This document shows positions 53,954 through 63,014 of a DNA stretch of 64,000 nucleotides, one piece after another (position 1 is the first letter of the stretch; the number at the start of each line of letters is the position of its first letter). The stretch lies in IMG/VR virus record IMGVR_UViG_3300023296_000874, positions 193,534 to 257,533 of that record; one strand, written 5' to 3'. The notes beneath the pieces are model-generated. The model saw only the letters and a program-made list of their open reading frames with translations, made no database searches and was not told the DNA's origin. A program made the translations under genes and the position numbers.

Positions 53954-55711
53954 CTGGTTTTCAAGCCACGCGGCGAACACAAACAGTGTCCAACAGAAGA
54001 GCGTGAGGTCCTTGTTGCCAGCGTAGTATTGATTGATGATGAGGTCGATGCGCCTCATGTCCAGGAACGCCCCGAGGTTGCGAAATCTCTGAGAGTGAAT
54101 CGCTCTTTTGAACCCTTCCTTGAAGGGTCCTCGGAGCAGTGCGTCAGTAGGTACGGTGAACCCCATCTTTGGGCGTCGGGTGATGTCGGATGACACTCCG
54201 AAGCTCTCTGCCACGTCCTTGAGGATGCGCTTGGTGGTGCCGTTGTACTTGAACTCGTCGGGAAGTCGAACCACGTACTCCATCAGATCACGGTCCAAGA
54301 ACGGCACCCGAGCCTCCACTGACGCTCCCATGGTCATCTTGTCCACCTTCATGAGCAGATCATCAGGAAGCCAGGTGAGCGTGTCCATTCGAGTGATCCT
54401 CGACTGGAGGGTCGTGTTCGCGTAGTCGTTCCAGATGGTCGGCATACGAGTCAGCGGGTTGTGATGGCGCGTCACGTCTGAGGTCACAATTCCCTTGCGG
54501 TCCAGGAAGTAGTTGGAGCGCTCCAAATGGTCAAGCATCGCGGGCATACCCACGTCGTTGACGTCCCGAGCCTTCAAGATGCTGTCGTACTGCCAGTAGC
54601 CCGCGAAGATCTCGTCAGCTCCCTCACCGCTGAGCATCACCGTGCATCCACGCTTCGCGATCCGGCTGAGGTGGAGCGTGGGGAAACAGGCCGCGTCTGA
54701 AAGCGGCTGGTCCATGTGATTGAGCACGTCAGGTAGGATGTTGACCATGTCGTCAAACGTCATGCCGCACTGGAAGTAGTTGAGGCCAAGCTCTCGGGCG
54801 ACTCCACCCGCGTAGCCGTACTCGTTGGCGTTGGGGTAGCCCACGTTGTAGACGTTGATGTCAGTGCCCAGCTCTTTGGCAGCAACGGCGCAGATTACAG
54901 AGCTGTCGACCCCACCACTCAGGAAGGCTCCGAGAGGTACCTCGCTCTGGAGGCGTCTACGCACTGCTTGAATGAGGAGCTCGCGCGTCCGGCCCACAGC
55001 GTTCTCGTAGGTGTCAGGGTGGACGGTCTGGTCCATGGTCCACCACCGGTCAATCTTGAGCTCGCGGGTCCGGAGGTCATAGACCATGTGGTGCCCTGGC
55101 GGGAGGGCGTGGATTCCTCTCCAGATGGTGTCAGGTCCGGGGATGTACCGGAAGGTGAAGTAGTCCGCAATCGCGTTGGGGTTGATGCCAAAGCCTGGGT
55201 AGGCGGACGTGATGGCCTTGATCTCAGAGCCGAAGGCGAAGCGGTTGCCGTCCAACGTGTAGTAGAGAGGCTTGATGCCAACGTGGTCCCTGGCCAGGAA
55301 CAGAAGCTTCGCCCTCTTGTCGAAGATGCTGAAAGCGAACATGCCTCGGAGCCTGTGAAGGAATCCGAAGCCGTGCTGTTCGTAGAGGTGGACCAGTACC
55401 TCGGTGTCGCTATTGGTCTTGAAGACGTGGCCCTGGCTCTCCAACTCAACCTTCAGACTGCCGTAGTTGTAGATCTCGCCGTTGAACACCACTTCAACGT
55501 TCCCGTCCTCGCTGGAGATGGGCTGCTTTCCTCCACTACGGTCGATGATCGCCAGCCGGTCAATGCCGTAGCCGATGGTCTGACCGAGGGACCTCCGGGT
55601 GACCCAGTTCTGATCATCAGGTCCACGGTGTGAGATGGACGTTGCCATCTTCGCGAGTTTGCCGTCGAGGGAGACGTTTCCGTTCTCGACCATTCCGAAA
55701 ATACCACACAT
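53948..55711 (-). CDS. asnB: Asparagine-synthase-family glutamine amidotransferase
   Basis: MCGIFG, HRGPD, FNGEIYN, LSGGVDSS, SGEGADEIFAGY, EARVPFLD. Confidence 0.93.
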   Translation of the reverse strand: MCGIFGMVENGNVSLDGKLAKMATSISHRGPDDQNWVTRRSLGQTIGYGIDRLAIIDRSGGKQPISSEDGNVEVVFNGEIYNYGSLKVELESQGHVFKTNSDTEVLVHLYEQHGFGFLHRLRGMFAFSIFDKRAKLLFLARDHVGIKPLYYTLDGNRFAFGSEIKAITSAYPGFGINPNAIADYFTFRYIPGPDTIWRGIHALPPGHHMVYDLRTRELKIDRWWTMDQTVHPDTYENAVGRTRELLIQAVRRRLQSEVPLGAFLSGGVDSSVICAVAAKELGTDINVYNVGYPNANEYGYAGGVARELGLNYFQCGMTFDDMVNILPDVLNHMDQPLSDAACFPTLHLSRIAKRGCTVMLSGEGADEIFAGYWQYDSILKARDVNDVGMPAMLDHLERSNYFLDRKGIVTSDVTRHHNPLTRMPTIWNDYANTTLQSRITRMDTLTWLPDDLLMKVDKMTMGASVEARVPFLDRDLMEYVVRLPDEFKYNGTTKRILKDVAESFGVSSDITRRPKMGFTVPTDALLRGPFKEGFKRAIHSQRFRNLGAFLDMRRIDLIINQYYAGNKDLTLFCWTLFVFAAWLENQT

Positions 55712-55716
55712 GGATT

Positions 55717-56508
55717 TCAGCTCTCCAAGTAGCGTTCATAGATGGATCCCTCAAGCACCTTTGCGACCGCATCGTAGTTGCGGATGGCGTCCTTCAGCGG
55801 CAGTCCAATCTTCTGGTACGCCGGTCGAGCCACGAATTCGCGCGGTACGTCAAGATGGTCAGCAAAGCTCTGGAGGGTGCTCTCAGGCACCTCACCATCT
55901 ACAAACAGGGTCTCGTAATGCACGGTCAAGGCGATGGGTTCAAGCACCGCCTCCCAGTGCTTCTGCTCGCGCCGTAGCTTACCGAGCTTGTCCAGCAGAT
56001 TGCCCAGAGGCAATTCCACTGTCCGGTCCTTCATCTTGTCCGGGTTGGGTGTCGCCCACACCTTCGTCCGGGTAGAAAGCTCCGCTGATACCAGCATCGC
56101 CAACACGTTGTCTCGCACCAGGTGGATGATCTTGAAATCGTGCCGGATCAGGAGGTCAAGCAGTGGGGAATGCTCCATGCGTACTGCGCCGGGCGTCATG
56201 GCTCCCCTCAGGAAGTCGTACTTGCAGTCGAACAGGATGAGATCTACGTCCCCGCTCAACCTACGCAGGTAGTTGAGGTACCCACCGAACAGTCCGGAGA
56301 CGTTGGCGAGGGTTGGAATGCACAGGCTCGGATTCTTCCGAACGCGCCCATGGAGATACTTGTAGTAGCCTCCGAGCTGCTCGTAGTCCTTGGGAATGAA
56401 TACCTCTCCGAAGGTCTGGATCTCTGGGTTGGTTGACATGACGGACCTCAGGACGGTTGTACCGCTCCTTTGCGTACCGACGATGACTGCGAATCGGGGC
56501 AAACCCAT
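55717..56508 (-). CDS. Sulfotransferase (Stf0-like)
   Basis: GTQRSGTT 5'-PAPS loop; IHLVRDN.L...VS. Confidence 0.85.
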   Translation of the reverse strand: MGLPRFAVIVGTQRSGTTVLRSVMSTNPEIQTFGEVFIPKDYEQLGGYYKYLHGRVRKNPSLCIPTLANVSGLFGGYLNYLRRLSGDVDLILFDCKYDFLRGAMTPGAVRMEHSPLLDLLIRHDFKIIHLVRDNVLAMLVSAELSTRTKVWATPNPDKMKDRTVELPLGNLLDKLGKLRREQKHWEAVLEPIALTVHYETLFVDGEVPESTLQSFADHLDVPREFVARPAYQKIGLPLKDAIRNYDAVAKVLEGSIYERYLES

Positions 56509-56518
56509 TGACGATCTC

Positions 56519-57055
56519 CTACTTTCGTACACTGAACTGGATGCGCATTTCCTTGACGGAGTTCATGTAGTGCCTGCGTGCGAAGTCCTTGTCCTTCTGC
56601 GGCAGATCCTTGAACTCGTCCTCATACGTGTAGTCGATGCTGATGGTCTTGAACAGGTCCTGGAACATGCCCCCTGAGAAGATGCGCTCGTTGAGCATGG
56701 TCACATGCCCCGGCACAATGGAGGTCTCGTGGGTCCAGTAGGGGAACCACCAATCCAGCTTCGTACCCGGAGCACACACGCGCCAAATCTCCCTGTAGAG
56801 CCCGCCGTAGGCTCCTTGAGGGATGTGTTCGATGGTGTGGTAGCTGTACACCTGAGTCACGGAGTTGTCCGGTAGAGGGATCAGCTTCGTAGCGTCGCAG
56901 ATGATGTCGACGTCCGGGTAGTCTCGAATGTCGATGCCGACGGAGCCCTTGTAGTGCTTGCGGTTGCCCACGCCCAGGTCCAGAAGGATGCCCTCTGTCC
57001 CGAACTCCGTGGTGATCTTGTCTCTGTACTTGGGGTTGGTCTTATCCGGTAGCAT
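56519..57055 (-). CDS. SAM-dependent methyltransferase (type 11-like)
   Basis: LDLGVG, GIDI, LPDNSV..VYSYHTIEH, EIWRVC.PG. Confidence 0.85.
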   Translation of the reverse strand: MLPDKTNPKYRDKITTEFGTEGILLDLGVGNRKHYKGSVGIDIRDYPDVDIICDATKLIPLPDNSVTQVYSYHTIEHIPQGAYGGLYREIWRVCAPGTKLDWWFPYWTHETSIVPGHVTMLNERIFSGGMFQDLFKTISIDYTYEDEFKDLPQKDKDFARRHYMNSVKEMRIQFSVRK

Positions 57056-57056
57056 C

Positions 57057-59381
57057 TCAGCCTCCTACAAGGTCGAATAGGGTTTCCTGCCACTCTTTGA
57101 GGTATCGTTGGTGCGTGAACAGGCGGCAGATGGTCTCCCGCCCTCGCATTCCCATACGCCGAGCAGCGTTCATGTTCTTCTGGCACCAAAGGAGATGCTC
57201 CGCGAGCTCCTCCTTGGTCTTGCCCGTGAATCCGTTGAGCCCGTTGGTGATGAACATGCTCTCATCGTGGTAGTCCATCGACACCAAACACGCGCCCTTG
57301 AGCATTGCCTCAGCTCTCGTCCTGGGCATGGGGCTACGGAGGGTAGTGTTGACGAACACGCTGTACCTGCCGAGCAGCTCTTGGTAGAGCCTGAACTGCT
57401 CCTTGGCTCGAGCCTGGGGAGGCAGCCTTGACGCGGCTTTCTGTACTTCGACCCTACTGAACTCACCGCCATCATCCCGTCCCAGATAGTCAATCTTGAA
57501 CAGGTCGTTGAGGTACTTGAACTCGTAGTAGCCACGATACCAGGGACGGTGACGGATGCTGTTTGCGGCGTAGATGAAGTCCCGGTCCCGGCGTCCGGGC
57601 GTGTACTCAGAGCTATCAAAACCCTGCCAGATGGTCCGGCTGTTCGGGAACTTCCACTGGCTCCATGCGTTGTAGGAGTTGCAGACGATGGGCATGTTGC
57701 CGACAAGGTTGCGGATACGATTCACCTCAACGTCCCACTCCTTCATGAGGTCGGGGCCGCGATAGTCAACGTCGAACATCCCGTGGAAGGGTGGCGTGCC
57801 GTGGCAGATCGCCACCCGAGGCATTCCCTTGGTCTCCTTGAGGAACCTGCGGAAGATTGCGCCCCACCCCTTCCCGAGTACGTCGTTGGATACACCCAGA
57901 GGGTTGGCGACGTTCTCATCGAAGTGGAGCAGTGCGAGGTCATAGTCCCGAGGGTCAATCTCGTCCATCTTCACGAACTGAGCGTTCTTGGGGAACGGTC
58001 GGTAGCTGTAGTCCCACGCCATCGTAGTGTCGTCCTCTGCGACGTAGAAGTCGTGAGGGAGCTTCCAGAGCTCGTACTGGTGTCCTACGTGCCAGCGGTA
58101 GGTGAGGATCTTGAGCCGCCGCTTGACGGTGCGGTTGGTATGGGAGAGTCGGGGCCGTAGGTCCTTGTGATAGAACGCTGTCGGGCTCTGGAACCCTCCG
58201 ATTTTCGGTCGCACGTCAATCCGAGAGAGGGTCTTGGAAGGCTGTGCTGGGGAGTACCTGTCCATCCTGCCGCGAGGGAGGATCATGTCGTCCGGAAGCA
58301 GGATGGTCACCTTTCGTGCGTGAGCGGTGTCAGGTACGCGGTCAACCGCCTTCACGTAGGAGTGCAGCGTTGCATAGTACCGAGCGAGTTGCCCGCCGCC
58401 TACAAGGTAGATCTCTACGCCAGTGCGCCACTGAGCGAGTGCCGACTCAATCACGAAGGGGTGCTGAGCCTCGTTGAAGGAAGTCAGCTCAATCGACACA
58501 ACGCCCCAAGGTCGTCCGGTGTGGCCGTCGGTGAACACCTCTTGCGTGGGGTTCGTGTTCTTGAACCACGAGTAGATCTTCCCGTAGGTCTCAACGATCC
58601 AGGGCAACGCCTCTGTGTAGACCACCGCTGGGTTGTGCATGAGGAACCGGCTGAAGTTCCTCATGGATCTCAAAGGCTTGATCATCGGGTCGGTCGTGGA
58701 CGGGTGGCTGAGGTGGACCGTGAACGCTTCGTTGGTGTAGCTGAAGTGCAGTCCGCTCTTGAACAGGTTCCACCCGGCCTCAACGTCCTCCCATCCGAAG
58801 CCTGAGTTCGGGTCGGTGCCCACGTAGGCGTAGTCCTCGTTGAACATCCCACCGGGCGGAACAGCGCCACGCTTGAACGACACGTTGCGGGTGATGAAGT
58901 TCAGGAAGTAGCCTGGGTTCGCGGGGTACTGAAGAGAGGTCTCTGCGTCCCTCTTGGCGGGGTTCCTCTGTAGCTGGTCAATAAGCCCCCAGATCTCCCT
59001 GCCGTTAGACTCGATGTTGTAGGCCCCGATGAGCACGTCCTTCACTTCGTGGTGTGTGAGCTCATGGATGTGAACCTCAGCGAACCGTGCGTTAGGGATG
59101 CAGTCCGAGTCCACGATGCAAATGAACTCGGCAGAGCTCTCACGCACGCCGATGTTCCGAGCCTTGCACTGGCCGCTGTTACGTCCCAGGCGGATGTACT
59201 CAATGCGGAAGTCCTTGCCGTACCGTTGGATGACACCTTGATAGTCCACATCGGAACAGTCGTCGACGAGGATCAGCTCAAACTCCTTGCTCGTCTGCCT
59301 CTTCAAGCCCTCAAAGAAGGTGGTCAAGGACTTGACGTCCTTGTTGTAGACGGTGGCTACGATGGAGAGTTTCGGGGTCAC
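57057..59381 (-). CDS. Bifunctional glycosyltransferase (GT2 GT-A plus GT-B domain)
   Basis: LSIVATVYN, LILVDDCS, ARNIG, VDSD, GWEDVE; C-terminal EAMLKG...NGLNGF. Confidence 0.88.
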   Translation of the reverse strand: MTPKLSIVATVYNKDVKSLTTFFEGLKRQTSKEFELILVDDCSDVDYQGVIQRYGKDFRIEYIRLGRNSGQCKARNIGVRESSAEFICIVDSDCIPNARFAEVHIHELTHHEVKDVLIGAYNIESNGREIWGLIDQLQRNPAKRDAETSLQYPANPGYFLNFITRNVSFKRGAVPPGGMFNEDYAYVGTDPNSGFGWEDVEAGWNLFKSGLHFSYTNEAFTVHLSHPSTTDPMIKPLRSMRNFSRFLMHNPAVVYTEALPWIVETYGKIYSWFKNTNPTQEVFTDGHTGRPWGVVSIELTSFNEAQHPFVIESALAQWRTGVEIYLVGGGQLARYYATLHSYVKAVDRVPDTAHARKVTILLPDDMILPRGRMDRYSPAQPSKTLSRIDVRPKIGGFQSPTAFYHKDLRPRLSHTNRTVKRRLKILTYRWHVGHQYELWKLPHDFYVAEDDTTMAWDYSYRPFPKNAQFVKMDEIDPRDYDLALLHFDENVANPLGVSNDVLGKGWGAIFRRFLKETKGMPRVAICHGTPPFHGMFDVDYRGPDLMKEWDVEVNRIRNLVGNMPIVCNSYNAWSQWKFPNSRTIWQGFDSSEYTPGRRDRDFIYAANSIRHRPWYRGYYEFKYLNDLFKIDYLGRDDGGEFSRVEVQKAASRLPPQARAKEQFRLYQELLGRYSVFVNTTLRSPMPRTRAEAMLKGACLVSMDYHDESMFITNGLNGFTGKTKEELAEHLLWCQKNMNAARRMGMRGRETICRLFTHQRYLKEWQETLFDLVGG

Positions 59382-60415
59382 AGGAGCCCTCCCAGGTCAG
59401 GCGGCATCAGAACGGAGTGATGGTCGAGGACGTACTTCTGGAGGCTGTCCCCGTAGGATCGGCGCTCCTGAGGACGGTCAATGAGCCTCTGGATGTAGTG
59501 GTCCCATTCCTCCGGCGTCCGCGCCTTGTGAACCACTGAGGATGGAATGTCTCCGAGTGCGCCGGTTGGTGACACCACGCTCGGGATGCCAAACACTCCG
59601 GATTCGATCACCTTGACGATGCTCTTGCAGCGGTTGAACCTCGTGTCCTCAAGGGGTACAAGGTTGATGTCGAACAGGGAGTTCAGAGTCAGCGGTAGGA
59701 GCTGTGGGCGCACATGCTGCCACTTCCAAAGCCGGTACTTCGGGTACCACTTCTGCTCAAACTCCGGCGCAAGAGGCAGCTCGCCAATGATGTGCAGGTC
59801 CACGTAGTCCCTGCTCTCCATGATGCGGTCCAACACTGGAACGATCAGAGCGAAGTCCTTGCGGTGCGTCCGGGTGCCGGAGGCGTATCCGATGTTCACG
59901 CGGCTTGGGTCACGTAGAGCTCTTCCGGTCTGCGCCAGGCGGGCTACGTGCTGCTCAATCTTGTTCCGAACCACGTAGACGGTCTTCTCCGGCCAGCGTA
60001 GACGCACCTCCTCAGCGAGCCGGTCGGTAGACACGGTCACAAACTGAGCCCATTCAACAGCCGCCGCTACACCCTCACTCTTCTCCTGGTCGTAGACTGC
60101 CCCCTCAGGAACAGCGTCAACGTCCCACACCAGGTCGTCAAGGTCGTACCCGTAATGAGCAGCCTCTTCGGCCACCCTATCGAAGTGGTGTGCGTTGGCC
60201 TGAGTCAGCGGGATGCGCTGTACGATGGTGGTACTACCCGGAATGTCCGTCCAAGGCGTTGTCGGGGGCGACGTCACCCACCAGTGCGCTGGATCAAAGC
60301 CGATCCAGCAGACAGCTTGGTGCCCGTGGCTGATGAGGTGGCGATGCACGGTGAACGCGCGGTACCTCGAGCAGCCAACGAACTCATCATCTTCTGCAAC
60401 CCAAACGAACTTCAT
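59378..60415 (-). CDS. GT-B (GT4-like) glycosyltransferase
   Basis: DLDDL, IGYASGTRTH..D, DINLVPL...FN.CKS..K..E. Confidence 0.85.
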   Translation of the reverse strand: MKFVWVAEDDEFVGCSRYRAFTVHRHLISHGHQAVCWIGFDPAHWWVTSPPTTPWTDIPGSTTIVQRIPLTQANAHHFDRVAEEAAHYGYDLDDLVWDVDAVPEGAVYDQEKSEGVAAAVEWAQFVTVSTDRLAEEVRLRWPEKTVYVVRNKIEQHVARLAQTGRALRDPSRVNIGYASGTRTHRKDFALIVPVLDRIMESRDYVDLHIIGELPLAPEFEQKWYPKYRLWKWQHVRPQLLPLTLNSLFDINLVPLEDTRFNRCKSIVKVIESGVFGIPSVVSPTGALGDIPSSVVHKARTPEEWDHYIQRLIDRPQERRSYGDSLQKYVLDHHSVLMPPDLGGLL

Positions 60416-61395
60416 CGGTTCTCCTTCATCCACTCAACGGTGCGTGTGAGGCCTCGTAGCAGGTGGAATTTCGGCGCGTAGCCGAAGTAGAACTGTGCTC
60501 TTGCGATGTCTGCGAGCGTGCCGGGCACATCTCCCTCTTGGTCACCGATGTGCTCGATGATGGGCTTCTTGCCTACAAGCTCGCCAATGAGCTCCACCGT
60601 GTAGCTGAGAGTGTTCGGCGTACCGAACCCCAGGTTGTAGATGTGGTGTCCCTTACGGGGCGTACCAGCGGCAGCCAGGATACCGTCAACGATGTCATCG
60701 ACGTAGGTGTAGTCCCTGAACGAGCTGCCGTCTCCGTAGAGCGTTATGGTCTCTCCGCGCTCTACCTTGCCGATAGTGTCACGAATGAACATGTCAGGTC
60801 GTCCGTGAGGTCCGTACACCGTGAAGAAGCGGAGGGATGCTCTGATCCGGTCGGTGCTCTGCGCGTAGTAGTCCATGAGCAGCTCGCACTGTCTCTTGGT
60901 CACGGCGTAGGGGCTGATCATCGCGGTGGGGCGGTCACTCTCTTTGAAGGGAGAGCGGAGGGTGCCGTAGATGGATGAGCTGCTGGCGAACACCACATCA
61001 GCGTCGTGGTTCTTGGCGAACTCCAGAACGGCCACGGTCCCTTCCACGTTGGTACGGGAGTAGCGCAGAGGATCAACCAGGCTGGGTCGCACGCCAGCAA
61101 GCCCCGCGAGGTGGAACACCGTGTCGACACCCTTGCGAGCCCAGATGGCAGCCGAGCTCTGAGCGCTGCTCAGGTTGCACACGTCTTCATCGACCCACCC
61201 CAGATCGTCGACGACATGGAAGTCAGCCGTCACGGGTCCTCCGAAAATGCGTGCGAGGTTTTTCCGCTTCACGTCCTCACCGTAGAGGGTCTCGTCGAGA
61301 CAGTCTACGATCAGAACGCTGTGGCCGAGCTCTCGCAGCCTGAGTACGAGGTTGGTGCCAATGAACCCGGCACCTCCGGTGACCAGAACTCTCAT
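60412..61395 (-). CDS. NAD-dependent nucleotide-sugar epimerase (UDP-glucuronate 4-epimerase-like)
   Basis: TGGAGFIG, AGVRPS, ASSSS, SPYAVTK, LRFFTVYGP.GRPDM. Confidence 0.9.
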   Translation of the reverse strand: MRVLVTGGAGFIGTNLVLRLRELGHSVLIVDCLDETLYGEDVKRKNLARIFGGPVTADFHVVDDLGWVDEDVCNLSSAQSSAAIWARKGVDTVFHLAGLAGVRPSLVDPLRYSRTNVEGTVAVLEFAKNHDADVVFASSSSIYGTLRSPFKESDRPTAMISPYAVTKRQCELLMDYYAQSTDRIRASLRFFTVYGPHGRPDMFIRDTIGKVERGETITLYGDGSSFRDYTYVDDIVDGILAAAGTPRKGHHIYNLGFGTPNTLSYTVELIGELVGKKPIIEHIGDQEGDVPGTLADIARAQFYFGYAPKFHLLRGLTRTVEWMKENR

Positions 61396-61396
61396 C

Positions 61397-62461
61397 CTAT
61401 CCTCCATGTACGGTCTTGAATACGCCCGCCCAGGTGCCTACGACCTGGGCGATGTCGAACCGGGCTCGCACGTAACGAGCTCCGTTCTGCTTCACGTTCC
61501 CACGCAGCTCAGGATTGTCAACCAGCTTGCGCACGGTCTGAATCCATTCGGCAGGGTTGCGGCAGAGGAATCCATTGTCCCCGTCTCGGATGGTGGCGTT
61601 GTAGGTGATTAGGTTTGAGGCCACGGGCACGAAACCACACGCCATGTACTCGATGACCTTGAGATTGCTCTTCGAGTAGTTGAAGAGGTGGTCCGCTACG
61701 GGAGCCAGGCCAATGTCGATAGGTAGAGATGCCAGGTACCGGAGGTAGGTCCTCGGCGGCACCATCTCCAGGAACATGATCTGGTCGTGGGACGTAGCCT
61801 CAACGGTCTCCTTGTGAGCCGCCCCACCCATGACGATCATCACCTTGTTCCCGTACTGACGGGTGATGCGCTTCAGGCACGGGACAATGAGCTGGAGGTC
61901 CTTCTTGTGGGTAGGCGATCCGAGCCAGCCAATCACGGTGCGACCCTCGCACCTGGTGAAGAACTCGTCGGTGGAGATCTTGTTGCAGTTGCGGTCCAAC
62001 GCCGAGATCATCTGGGGGGCTGTGCCCATCCGGTCCAACTCTCCGAAGTCGAGCGAGTTGGGGCAGACGTAGACCGTCGGGTTGTGCTTGCGCATCTGCT
62101 GCGCCAAGAACGGAGTGGAACAGATCACAGCGTCCGCAGCCTTCAGGTAGCGGATGACGTTCTGTCGGATGCGCATGTAGAAAGCGTGCGCGGGGTTCCA
62201 AGAGGGTAGGCTGAAGACGTCATCGTCAAGCTCGTAGATGACCTTCTTGCCGCGCTTCTTGAAGCTCTCAACTCGCCGTAGGAAGGAGAGCTCATACTGC
62301 TTCTGAACCACAATCACATCGGCCCAGAGGATCTCTGCGTCGGTGCTTCCGATGTGGCCCAGGCGGGCTTCAATACCGTGTGTCGGCAGGTAGCGGATCG
62401 GGATCTCGGCCCGGTAAAGGCCACACCCGTTCGGCCCCTCAGAGACGAAGAAAACTTTCAT
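61397..62461 (-). CDS. GT-B (GT4-like) glycosyltransferase
   Basis: YELDDD, IGWLGSPTH..DL, DIGLAP...FN.SKSNLK..EY.ACG. Confidence 0.88.
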   Translation of the reverse strand: MKVFFVSEGPNGCGLYRAEIPIRYLPTHGIEARLGHIGSTDAEILWADVIVVQKQYELSFLRRVESFKKRGKKVIYELDDDVFSLPSWNPAHAFYMRIRQNVIRYLKAADAVICSTPFLAQQMRKHNPTVYVCPNSLDFGELDRMGTAPQMISALDRNCNKISTDEFFTRCEGRTVIGWLGSPTHKKDLQLIVPCLKRITRQYGNKVMIVMGGAAHKETVEATSHDQIMFLEMVPPRTYLRYLASLPIDIGLAPVADHLFNYSKSNLKVIEYMACGFVPVASNLITYNATIRDGDNGFLCRNPAEWIQTVRKLVDNPELRGNVKQNGARYVRARFDIAQVVGTWAGVFKTVHGG

Positions 62462-62490
62462 GTGTATAGATCTGCTTTGTGTTTATTCTA

Positions 62491-62727
62491 TCAGGTGGTT
62501 CCGGTAGAGCCCGATGAGATCCCTCCAGAAGACTGAAGGGCGTCAACGGAGTTGCTGAAATCGTCCACGACGCTCTCGGGGATGTCCAGTGCGGCAGCAG
62601 TCCCGAGAGGGGTGCTGATGATCCGCATGGAGATCGCACCGGTCGCTGAGATGAGAACCTTGTAGACCCACTGGTCAGCTCCAGAGCCGGAGGTGTAGGT
62701 GTACTCCTGCTGGAATAGTGTGGGCAT
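62491..62727 (-). CDS. Small hypothetical protein
   Basis: TGATG coupling. Confidence 0.6.
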   Translation of the reverse strand: MPTLFQQEYTYTSGSGADQWVYKVLISATGAISMRIISTPLGTAAALDIPESVVDDFSNSVDALQSSGGISSGSTGTT

Positions 62728-63014
62728 CAGTCAAGGTCCCGGTTCTGACGTAGAAGCTGCTTGGTACGCTTGCGGTCACGTCGGCTGTGTCCCTTCTCGT
62801 ACTGGTCAGAGTGCGGGCCACCCTTGTTCCGTAGAGGTCCACCGGGGCGACGGTTGCGCTCGTTCCAATCCTTCTTCTTCTCGATGGCTCGCAGGTCCTC
62901 GGGAGTGAGGACCATGACGCCTTTCTCATTGGTGCGGGGCTTCTTGACCTTCCGCTTGGCAGACTTGCGAAGGTCTGACGCCACCGCGCTCAGCCGATTG
63001 CTTACATCACTCAT
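62727..63014 (-). CDS. Small basic protein with a leader (MSDVSNRLSAVASDLRKSA)
   Basis: GGAGG RBS; R/K-rich; GGPH.D...SRR.RK. Confidence 0.65.
   Translation of the reverse strand: MSDVSNRLSAVASDLRKSAKRKVKKPRTNEKGVMVLTPEDLRAIEKKKDWNERNRRPGGPLRNKGGPHSDQYEKGHSRRDRKRTKQLLRQNRDLD

Noticed and set aside
53948-62461. Bacterial LPS/capsule locus flanking a prophage
   Set aside because: It is directly coupled to phage-type genes on both sides, the asnB stop overlaps the phage promoter motif, and there are no wzx/wzy/ABC export genes or att/integrase
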